This document shows positions 11,501-21,900 of a DNA stretch of 64,000 nt, piece by piece. The notes under the pieces were generated by a model that saw only the letters and a list, made by a program, of their open reading frames with translations, did no database searches and was not told the origin of the DNA. Location of the stretch: the NCBI GenBank assembly GCA_000708835.1, contig DF237448.1, positions 1 to 64,000 of the forward strand. The letters are read 5' to 3'. Made by a program: the position numbers and the translations under genes. Position 1 is the stretch's first letter. Each line of letters starts with the position of its first letter. The DNA comes from Klebsormidium nitens. Lineage: Eukaryota; Plantae; Klebsormidiophyceae.

Positions 11501-13712
11501 CCGCGGGCTACTAGCGGAATGATACCAACTTGGAACCAAACCGCCTGTATTGAACTCGGGCTCTCGTTTCATCGAACCTAAAAATCTGGGCTTGGTGAAA
11601 GTCGTTCAATTGGTCAACTAGAAATTCCCTGCTTGAAACCAAGGGTAAAAGATAAGGGTCTCAAAGACTAGATTGGAATGTTCACCTGTGCCGGCCACCA
11701 AGGGTAAGTGCTGAGCTTCGTTCACACCACCTGGTTTTTGCAGAGCGCGTCTCCTCTTTCAGTCACCCCAAAATTGGCCCTTCAAAACAGAGTTGACCGA
11801 AGGTGCTACTCATTTTGCTGGTCAATTATGGACTCCCAGTCCGAGAACTAGAATGGGATGTTTACCTGCGCGGGCCACCAGGGGTATGTGCTGAGCTTCG
11901 CCCACACCACCTGATTTGCCAGCTCCTCGGCAGAGCGCGTCTCCTCTTCCTTGTGTTCCAAAGCTGCCTGACGGGCGGCCTTGCGCTGGGCTTTCACAGC
12001 TTCTTCATTCTCCGCCCGCTTCCTGAAAAAGCAGATTGGCTTGTCAACCTCTTGCAAACACAATTGAAAAAGCATCTTACAATCCAGATCGTCTCGATTC
12101 TGGAAGAAAGAGAAAGTCTGCTTCCAGTAATCCTCCTTGTGCACTGATGCCGCCCGACGAGCGGCCTTGCGCTGTGCCTTCACAGCTTCTTCATTCTCTG
12201 CCCGCTTCCTGAAAAAGCAGATGGGCTTGTCAACCTCTTGCAAACGCTATTGAAGAAAGCTTTCTCCAATCCAGATGGCCTCGATTCTGGAAGAAAGAGA
12301 AAGTCTGTTTCCAATCATTTTCCTTGTGTTCCAGGGCTACCTGACAGGCCGCCTTGCGCTGTGCCTTCACAGCTTCTTCGTTCTCTGCCCGCTTCCTGGA
12401 AAAGAAATTGGCTTTTCAACCTCTCGCAAACACTGTTGAAGAAAGCATTCTCCAATACAGATGGCCTCGATTCTGGAAGAAAGAAAAAGTCTGTTTCTGA
12501 TAGTCCTGCTTGTGTTCCAGGGCCGCCGGACGGGCCGCCTTGTGCTGGCTTCCTATGAAGAGCAACGTGACGACCTAGACTGAACCACTCAGAAAACGAT
12601 TATGGAATTCACATAAGTTTGAGTCTTCAAAGAGAAGTTACATTTCCAAGCGGCCAGCTTCGTGGTTTTCCAGGGCGGCCTGACGGGCCACCTTGCGCTG
12701 TGCCCTCCCAGCCGCGCTTCACTACTCTCCATGCAATCCCTCAAAACGCGGAAAAGTCTGAACAACTAAAAGAAACACAGATCTAGATCTTCAGGGTTAC
12801 AACCGCAACAACAAAAATGTGACCTTTAGAGGGCTAAGTAAAAGTCGCCCACCTTCTTTCCTCCTCTTTCACAGCCTCCTGCTCTTTCTTCGCCAATTGC
12901 CGCGCCGACAAATTCAGGAGCGCGTTCGAGGGCGACACCTCTCGCGCAATCCGGGGGGTCCTTGGAGTGCCTGGCAAACGACCCCCCGCAGTGAGGCCTT
13001 CCGTGTTTGTCTTCAGAAGCTTGGGGTTCTTGAACTTGGGCTTCTTTGTCGGGGGCTCCTCAGATTGGGGTGCCTCCCTAGGGGGGGCTTGGGGGGCCGC
13101 CTCTACGATTATAACTTCTGCAGGAATAATCAAATAGCCTGAGATGGCATAACTGCGTGCTTGTCTCATGGGCGTGAGTAATCTGAAAACCATTTGTTGC
13201 TGCGGGTGGTGGTGGGTTCCAGCCGAGTGCCCTCTCTCTTTTTTCTAAGGGGATCCGGTTAGAAAAGGGCGGCGGAAAGCAGCCCCGATGGGCCATTTGA
13301 ATTTGGCCGCTCTGTGATTCTCTACAGAGGTGCGCTGGAGTGGAGAGAGAAAAATGAAAGAAAAAGAAAAAGCTGCCTCTAAAAGGAGAACTGCAGGGCT
13401 TTGGGGCAGCTCAGAACGACAAAGTCCCATATTGAGCCACCAGTCTGCTTTTCCTGAATTGTGAGAATTACAAGAGCGCATAAGAAGAGCAGACCGGTTG
13501 CATTGCCATGCGAAAATGTAGCTTCCTAAACATGGCAATTGGACCACAATAGGTCCTCGCTGAGATACCGTCCTTAAGAATCTGCCCGCACAATCTTAGA
13601 TGGGTCCAGACATATCCCCAGAAGTACATTGTGAGCATTTTGAAGTTTCGTGTGTTCTCGCTGCAATTATCACAGTCACCTTCTCACCTGCGTCTGCACC
13701 CTTCTCCTCCAT
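8550..13712 (-). CDS. PWWP-domain protein of about 271 aa. Exons 13712-13688, 13117-12853, 12022-11866, 10696-10605, 9722-9620, 8723-8550.
   Basis: Spliced frame is consistent (816 nt) with GT-AG at every junction and gives VVWAKLSTYPWWPAQ|IVDPSSVHARFTEGRKSDNEVLARFFGTYDY|GWVDRRTN...QFLKALEE|AEEC, the canonical PWWP layout. The first exon and the 3' end are less certain. Confidence 0.85.
10115..10395. mobile_element. MITE-like inverted-repeat element of about 280 bp in a PWWP-gene intron
   Basis: cgaagttatatcccggtttctggtcc (10115-10140) is the reverse complement of ggaccggaaaccgggatttaacttcg (10370-10395) with 2 mismatches. The interior is AT-rich and non-coding. No canonical TSD is evident. 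Confidence 0.6.
11112..11438. mobile_element. PIF/Harbinger (Tourist-like) MITE, 327 bp, TTA target-site duplication
   Basis: TIRs gggtctttacacactgggcgggtgtt and aacacccgctctgtgtgtaaaggccc. TTA flanks both ends (11109-11111 and 11439-11441). GGGC-type termini with a TTA/TAA TSD are established PIF/Harbinger hallmarks. Confidence 0.8.
11680..11760 (-). pseudogene. Dead intronic copy of the 3' end and donor of the PWWP exon 12022-11866
   Basis: Minus strand reads caggtggtgTGAacgaagctcagcacttacccttggtggccggcacag|gtgaac. The Trp codon has become a stop relative to the real exon (caggtggtgTGGgcgaagctcagc...gcgcag|gtaaac). Confidence 0.85.
11948..12720. repeat. Degenerate tandem repeat of about 186 bp (3 full units plus 2 partial) spanning the acceptor of PWWP exon 12022-11866
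   Basis: Units start near 11948, 12134, 12321 and 12507, with a fragment near 12665. Each contains ccttgcgctg..cttcacagcttcttc.ttctc.gcccgcttcctg. Confidence 0.9.
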
Positions 13713-15367
13713 TGCAAGTCTTTTCTCACGCTCCCGTTAGAAACTAATCAATCAGCCCCTTCTCTACAGAGCGAGCTCCTGCAGCAGCTGCTGAAAATGC
13801 AGTGAGAGCGGCAGCGTGCCCACATTTACAAATACCTGATTCTGATATAATGTGCTGATTTTGTTTCATTCATTGTGGGGGCGGCTGCCCGGCCGCGACG
13901 GTGCACTGAGACTCCGGCCGCGACACGCGGCTGTCGACGCTCAGTGCGCGGCCGGCCTTTCCATTCGCTTGCAGAATCCTGAGAAACTGAATGCTGATTT
14001 CAGGGGCAGAGTGTGGCTTCTTGCGTCAGCATAATGAAGCTCATCAGCACGCTTCTGAACAACTCATCTCTCACTCAGCTGAGGCGGCTCCAAGATATCA
14101 GAGGCTTTGTTCTGAATCAAATTCCAAGCTGAGTCGCCATGGCTAAGCAAGCGCCACGTGTCCCGCGTGCCTGCTGATTGGACGAGAGTTGCGTAGCTTC
14201 CCTCGAGCTTCCACTCCGACTCTGCCGGTGCCAGTAGACTCATGGGACTGCCCAAGAGACTGTTCAACTATACCTTTGCTACTTGGTTCTTGATCATCAG
14301 GCTCTGGACTTATATTCCACGTTCAAAAGCACAACAGAACCGAAAGTCTCCCGCTCACCTTCGTTTCTCTAAAGCGACACCTCAGAATTTCGTTGAGATA
14401 GCAGGAGGAGCTGAACGCCTTTCAGCTCCTGCTCCCCAAAGCTAGCTCTCTTCTGAACAAGCAAACGTTCTTTTCGAGACCTTTGAAGAAAGTCTACTTC
14501 TGAGGACGCTGGCGGCTGCCTCGAGAGCGCGAAGTGGAGTCATCTTGCTTTTCCCTACTGAAGCGACGGACGTTGCTGAAGGGAGAGCTGGTTTTCACAG
14601 GAGTCTGCCCTCTCTGCCTGCCCCCACCTTTAAGGAGGTGCAAATTATGTGGCCAAGCTGAAGCGGAAGACGATTTGAGGTCCCAGAGTTGATGAAAGGT
14701 GAGAAGCTCTGTCTGACCTTCGGAGACGCTGACACGCAAGCTGTACCCAACTTCGTCGTTGCATCAAGAAGTGTCAGAAATGTAACAGTTGCGTTCAATT
14801 TTGCTTTTTTGGGTCCCGATCACGGAGCTTCAGTAAAGTCGTTTTCCGAACTCTTAGCTGCTGTAGATTCTGATCTCGCAACACGGAAGGGCAGGAACGT
14901 TGGAAACTCTTTTGCACGACGTGTCCATAACATACTCTTTAAGAGGATTCTGGCTTTGAACAAGAGCCCATTTTGAACTTCGCTCAAGGATTCCGGCCCG
15001 TCAAGAGCTTTGAACAAAGGACTCTCGGCCCTTCGAGAAGTTTAAACAAATCTGTCCTGGCAGAATGGTTTGCAATCCCTATACCGTACGTCCTTGAACT
15101 GCCCGGCAGGTCTTCAAACGCCTTCGGGGATTGAAAGAATCTCAAGAAGACAAAGGAAACAAAACCAGTCGTGATTAATCTCGGACTTTAAATTGGTCAG
15201 AAGTAATCTTTGGGTACTTTCATATGTGAAGCTTTTCTCTGAGGGGCAACTTCAATCATTCCTGAACAAACTTTTCATTTTCGCTCAAAAGGCTAAGGAC
15301 CTCCTTTTCGTCAACGCAGGTCATCTAAAAGACCTTTCAAACGAAGTCGTCGCCGCTTCTCAAAGCT

Positions 15368-16672
15368 ATGGCAACGGCAATCCAACTGCAAACGTCTGAG
15401 CGGACCGCAGACATGACGTCTGCGAGCTACTTCGAGGACGTCATCATGACAGAAGCGCCGCCTCTTCCGGAGTCCGCCACTCTCCGCGACAATCCGCGTG
15501 CAGCGGAACCAACGGAACAGCGGAGCCCCCTTTCCGAGCGCCTGCTGAACGCCTGCGTTCCGGCGATCCGCCGCAGAGCAAGGAAGTCCCTCGGCGGAAA
15601 GGAGAACAAGGTCGGCGCTTCGTCAACCCCTGCGCAGCCCAGAAGAGAGTCTTCTACTTCGACGCAGTCAGAAGTGTTGGAACCCTCTACGCAGATGAGA
15701 AGGGGCCTTTTTGCACCGAGTTCAGAGACTCTCGTTTTGGACGAAAACGGGATGATTGTAGAGAGCCTCGCAAACGGGGGCGATCCGCTGGCAAAGTTCG
15801 ATTTTAAGATGGAGTCCGCGGAAGCGGAAAGGCGGAAGGAAGCGCGTGGAGTGTTCTGCGATGACTTAGGGGCAGATCCTGACGATGCTGACGTCATGGA
15901 GACGTACCTGAGAGCTCTCCGCGGAGGCTCTGGGGAATTCGGCGGTCGGGCAGAGAAAAGACCGAAGCCGTTCTGGATGAGGCGGCTCGGGTGGCGTACC
16001 CCGGGCGCTCAAGGATTCCGGTTCCGGCCCGGAAAAGCGATTCCGAACGGCGACGAGATGGTCTTCACGAGCGAAGAAGAGCAGCGCCGCTTCTTCCGTT
16101 ACTACCCGGACGGAAAGGCCTTCCCCGGGCGGAGCCCTCCATCGCAGCGCGCCACGTTGCAGAACAGGGAATGCCACGTGGCAGGATTGGCCCGGGAGAA
16201 GACGCCCCGGGCGAGACTCGCCGACGAAACGTTCGACGATTCGTGGAAGATGGAGATGCTGCTCGCGCAGGGGCGGAAGCTCGATGACCTCAGCATGCTG
16301 GCGGAGGAGTTCGTCTGCAACAGCCCGTACCGCTCCGCGCGCGCGGCCACGTGGCTCAAGGAGATGGACGCGCGGCGCGGCCCCCTGGACCTGCGCGGGG
16401 GATCCCCTACGGGGTACGTCGCCTGCGGGCGATGCGGCCGGAAGGGATCCCCCGAGCAGATGACGAAGTGCAAGGGCGGGGTGACGTCACGTTTGCTCGG
16501 TGGAAAGAGTTCCGGGGCAGAAAAGGGGGCCTGTGAAGAGGGAAGAGGGGCGCCCGGAAAATGCGGTCGGGAGCTCTGCAAGGGATGCCGGTCGGAGTGT
16601 GCGCAGTGCGGGGAGGCGGTCTGCGGCAAGCACAGCTGGTCAGCCGGTTTCGGGTGCTCTCGACTGAGGTAA
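15368..16672 (+). CDS. Hypothetical protein (434 aa as a single ORF) with a low-complexity N-terminus and a C-terminal Cys-rich putative zinc-binding region
   Basis: Long GC3-rich ORF. C-terminus CGRC...C...CGRELCKGCRSECAQCGEAVCGKH...C. A possible donor gag|gtaagc at 16669 could extend the gene. No family recognised. Confidence 0.65.
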   Translation: MATAIQLQTSERTADMTSASYFEDVIMTEAPPLPESATLRDNPRAAEPTEQRSPLSERLLNACVPAIRRRARKSLGGKENKVGASSTPAQPRRESSTSTQSEVLEPSTQMRRGLFAPSSETLVLDENGMIVESLANGGDPLAKFDFKMESAEAERRKEARGVFCDDLGADPDDADVMETYLRALRGGSGEFGGRAEKRPKPFWMRRLGWRTPGAQGFRFRPGKAIPNGDEMVFTSEEEQRRFFRYYPDGKAFPGRSPPSQRATLQNRECHVAGLAREKTPRARLADETFDDSWKMEMLLAQGRKLDDLSMLAEEFVCNSPYRSARAATWLKEMDARRGPLDLRGGSPTGYVACGRCGRKGSPEQMTKCKGGVTSRLLGGKSSGAEKGACEEGRGAPGKCGRELCKGCRSECAQCGEAVCGKHSWSAGFGCSRLR

Positions 16673-18989
16673 GCATAAACGGCTTGCTTATGGAAGGCAT
16701 CCGTTTTGACCGCTTCGAGTTTCTCATTTCGAACAAAAGGTTCCGTTCTGCTTTGAAGGGCTTGCAGTCCTTATTGAAAGCGCACATGTGTGCTGCACAG
16801 ATTCACGGGTAGTTTTGCTATATTTTTCCAGATCCATTAGAAGACACGTCGTTGTTGAATCTATAGCCAGATCTTATGTTCTGGTTGTTGCATTAGTAAA
16901 TTCGAACTTATAACGGCACTGACGGATCTCTCGCCGAGACGAAGTGAAGAGGTGTACGTTCTTTGGCGGATGGTCTGGCAAGAATGTCCATTCTTGGAGG
17001 TGGCTTGATTTGGGCCTACGTTGATGTACAAGATCATTTGCTGGCACTTACAATCAAAGGTTCCGCAGCCGCTCCATCACATTCCCGACCAAATCTCCGT
17101 GCCCTATCATCCTTACATTCTCGAAGTGTCTTACACCCAGAGCGTCGTCCATCATGCAGGTTCTGCCTGACGTGTGGTCCAAGCTCTGCAAACGCTTCGA
17201 AGGCTGCTGACGTCACAGAGCGTCACCTGGATGACTTCCCATGCACTCTTTGCGACTCTATGCCACTCTGACTCTGACCACTCGCCGGGACTCCTTGGGG
17301 CGTCTGTTTGATTAGAGCATTGATCTTATGATCTGGACTGCTTTCCATAATTTCGTGGTTGAAGTTTTGTTTTGGAGTATTGTGACACGCTCGAGATAGT
17401 GCTGTAAACGTTCTGCGTGCAACTGACTCAGTGAGATGTAGCACCGGCAGCGGCCCGTTGAGAAAGTGAATTGAATCGCAGTCTAATGGTGTCAATAACG
17501 TGTGAGTGAAAGCTTTATATTGTGGGCCACAAGAGGGACTTGCCATTTTTGGGACTTGGTAATCTGTATTGAAGCGCCGTACCAAACGTTAGGAGAGGAC
17601 TCAGCGACTATGCATGAACGGGCTGCGGAACCTAAGTGGGCACGTAATTACCCTTCCTGTAATCTAATACCTGTTGTCACCACTTCAAATTGACTGTCAA
17701 TTCAGCCGCACTCGCGCATTGAAAATCAGCGATAGTCTCTCGTCTTAGACTCATCATACTTAAGTGGACGTTCGATCCGATACCTTCTTCCTTGTCATAT
17801 CAATGTGTCTCATGTCATCTCATCATCCATTTGATCTCAGAAAGCTAGTTATATTTGCAGCAGACTACCACCCGCGACTTTGTCTTTTATGCACCATTGT
17901 CATAGTACGGCTTCATGAGTGCGATTGGGATCGATTCCACGAACTTTGGAAGCGTTTGGAACCATTCTTTTCAAAATTGAAGCTTAAATGTGTCTCAGTG
18001 ATTAGGGTTCCCTACTCGATCCTTCCAATGGGCGAGATCATCCGAAGTCAACGTACCCATCACCTTTGCCAGCCGCTTGCGCGAAGCTTGCTTTTGTTTG
18101 CACGCATACCGTAGTACGTTCAGAACACATATGCAGGACTCGTACTACTAATAGAACCGATATACTTTGAAGCGTAAAATGCAAGACCATCGATCAATTA
18201 CAGTAGTCGGACCGCGCCAGCCGCCGAGCGGCCCTCGCGCGTTACAAAGCCGCACATCCAACCGAATGATTCGCTCCCGGATTGAGCGTTCGCTCGACCG
18301 TGCGCGACTCCACTTCGATCAGAGATTGATGGATGCCGGCCAGAAATAATTTTGGACGGAACCTCTTGAATCGGTTGATGAGGGAGATGCCGGCAACTTT
18401 GCATCTCGAACTTCAATAACGCTGTGGTGCCGAATGCTTCGACAAACGGTTGCAGACGTAATGCCCACACAGTTCATGCCAGCAAACTCAAACGGACTGC
18501 TCTCTGTGCCTTTCATTCACTTATATAGACCCTGTTAAACGACCCTACCTTAATCCGTTGCAACGTACGAAATCAGATTATTTCCGCTACATCTAACACC
18601 TCGTACAATTCTCTGCCACCTCCAGCAACACCTCCAGGTTGCGCGCGGCCGCAATAGACCCCTGCGCGCGGGCGCATTGCTTTTAACTTGAACACAACTT
18701 CCCGCCCCTCTATAACACATCAAGGTTTGCCTGCTAACCAGCTCAACTACCAGGCTTGAGTCTTGGGTTATTGGACAATCAACCGGGCTTGAACCTAGCT
18801 TCTGGTTACCCCTGGAAATCTGGCGGGTAACCACTTTCTAACCAGCCCAGAACCATCCTTGCTTAAGGGCCATAAACTCCTGTGTTTGCGAATCAACCGC
18901 ACAATAAGCCGTCGAGACGGTCCTCTCCCTTGCGCGCCGCTGCCGCGTGTTTCGCGAGCGGTTTCGTGCAACGGGCGGCTATATTTACG

Positions 18990-21900
18990 TCACGCCTTCT
19001 TGAGACAGCCCAAGAACTCGGTCATGGAGAATTCGGCTGAAACTGTCTGCGGCGAAGAGCCGTTTGCTGACGTCACGGGCGGGTTGGGTGACGTCAGCTG
19101 GTCGGCGGCACCGACGTCTGCAGCGGCGGGCTGGCGCTTCCTCATCTCCTGTTGGCGAATATCGACGGTTGAGAAGCTCATATGCAACGGAAACGAACGG
19201 CTACCATTGAAAGCGGAATCGTAATAAGCGACTGTTCAAGAAGCAACTAATCCATACACAAGCTGACGGTTCGAAGCCTATTCTTGCTCCTCACAAAAGA
19301 GGACGTACGGCTACGTGAATAGAAGCATCAATGGTAAAGCAAGGCGAAACAACCCGCAAAAAAAGCGAATCTTCTTCTTATTGCCATCGAATCTTACCCG
19401 CAGAACGATTTCCAGGGCGCTTGCCACGTCAGCCATCCTCGGCCGCTGCGAAGAGTCGAAGTCGACGCACGCCATAGCTAGTTCCACGACCCACTGCAGA
19501 GACCCCTCAGGCCACGTGCCCTGCAGTCGAGAACGATTGGGCAGGCTGGAATCGGAGGCTCTAAAGCTGCTCGAAAAGCGACGAGCCCTTCTTCAATGCA
19601 CTAGACGACGTGTTGTTTACAGAGATCAGAATTGCCGATTTGTAAGCTAGTCAACAGCGGGGTTGAAGCTCCACAAAAACCACAGCGGATCTCCCGCTCT
19701 GTCCCCCGGACCATTGCCGTTTTCAAATTATTGAACGACCTTATGAGATCGATAGAATGACAAGCTCTGAAAGCAGTATTGAGATTTTATCGGGGAAGTC
19801 CGGTCGATCAGGGGTAATCTTTTCAACGAACTTCCAGAGCGGTTTGTAAAGGAGCCGCTCTTGAAAAACTCTCGCGCTAGCGACAGAGGCTTCACAACGG
19901 TCACGTTTTAGAAACCCCCGGATTTCCTACCAAAATGCAGAACAATCAGCAAAGGTGCATCTGATAGAAATTCCGGCTCTGCCTACACAGCGACAGTCAA
20001 AGATTTTGCACTCTTCACGAAGCTATCCGCCCTTTGATCGTTCACCGAAGACTCTTGCGTTGTAAATAAAAACTTGACGTGATTGACAGGACCAAAAAAA
20101 GGACTAACCTGGATCAGCGGGTCGGCCAGCGCATCGAGCGGCGCCGCGCTGCTCTGAATGAACCTTCTCGCCCATTGAACGATGTCCAAGTCTTTCGCAA
20201 TCACCGCGCGCCGGCCTGAGATGAGCTCCAAGAGAACGACGCCGAAACTATACACGTCGTTCTTGTCGGTCACGTGACCGTGCAAGTACCTGCAAAGCAG
20301 TCAATCAACTCCGTCCGTCATTATGGGGAATGCGTTCCACGGGGAATCTGTCGTTTTCAACGCGGGCTCAGGTGTGATCGTTCCTTCATTTTCTTGATCA
20401 GTCACATTACACTTCCAACCTGCAACTCAGCGAGTAGGAGCTCCTCTAGTAAAAGGCTTTCCTCCGATATGCAGAAAGCGGTGCTGGAACTCGAAAAGAT
20501 TGCACGTTGTCCCTGCAACCTCTGTCCTAGGTACAGAGCGCGAACCGTCTTCACTTTGGGACGGGGCCGGAGAGTCATGGATTGACGGAGATTAGACAGG
20601 CATCGGAAAGACCATGCGACCCACGCTTTCGGAAGACGGTCGTCGTCTGGGCTCCTTCAAGAAAAGCTATGACAGCGAGCAGTCCCTTCATTCCGGGAGA
20701 TCTATAAAGGTGACAAATGGGAGGGGCAGAATGCAAGAAAAACGGGCAAACCACTCTGAGATACGCAAACGCAGAGTTCTCAAGAAGCGTCTACTCACTC
20801 GGGGGCCATGTATCCCATCGTCCCAAAGAGCTTCGTCGTCTGGGTCTGTCCGGACTCGTCCGAAACTAGTTTGGCGAGGCCGAAGTCAGAGACCACCGCG
20901 TCCAAACTCTCGTTCAGAAGGACGTTGCTGCTGTTGAAGTCCCTGCGAAAGCACGGGAACAAAGCCGCTCAGCCGACCTTTCCCGTTTGATGAATAGTAC
21001 CCGTGTTCTGAGGTTTGATTCGTTCTCACAAATGTGAGGTCTTTCGGAACGAGGTTTCATAGTCTGAATCCTACACCGTGCACGTCGTCAGCCAGACTTT
21101 CATGAGGAGGCACGTGATGCTGAAGTTTCTTTTTTACCCATTCAGACAAACCGGGTTCCCCGGAGGTGTCTGCAATGAAAGTTGAATGAAGCCGTCTTCC
21201 AGACCTTGCTGTAACTTCACGTTTCTTGCGGGTATTTCAGCTACAAATGTGCCCGCTGATGCTTCTCTAAAATGTTGAGAGCTACTCATTGATAATTGCG
21301 CGGAAATGGTACCATGCAACATCTGTGGGCTTGAAGAGTACCTGTGAATAACCTGGGGCGAGACGTCATCGTGGAGGTACGCAAGGGCACGTGCCGCCTG
21401 ATGAGCTATGGTGACCCTTCTGAAACAGCCCAACGGGGCGGTCTGGGCAGGCCTTTCTGCGCGATGGAAACGGAAAATTCATCAGGGCATACGAAAGTCG
21501 GAAGAACGTAAAACCCCTCAAAGAACACGTGAGCAGAGTGCGAGTATATTCGATTGCAGCCTTAGTACGAGAAATCGAGGTAGTGTCGAGAAGTCAGCCC
21601 TGAAGTCTCCTCGCTTTTCGTGTCTCGACAAAATGAAAAAGGTACCGGCATGGGGAAACAAGGGCGCAGAGAAGGAGGCCTGTGAAGCTGAACAAGAAAG
21701 GCCGCTTTGTCTTCATTCACGTATATGGTTGATACCCACACTGTTGTGCAACCGTGCAGACAACTGCTGAGTATCCAGATGTTTGACCCGCTCTAGCTGC
21801 GCTCTTCTTTACATCGTAGTGCTGACATGAAGTAAAGAGGCCTACCTCGTGTTTATCAAGCCGCAACGCTTCAGAGGGACATATATCATCAAGAAAGCTG

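Noticed and set aside
11680-12720. Echo copies as Dscam-like mutually exclusive exons
   Set aside because: The copies are partial (one splice site only) and carry stops or frameshifts, such as TGG>TGA near 11722 and indels in the ZNG1 and 47272 copies.
13850-15400. Coding-like ORF fragments between the PWWP and 15368 genes
   Set aside because: All frames are interrupted by stops, and I found no recognisable domain or consistent splice model. It may be a decayed gene but is not supportable.
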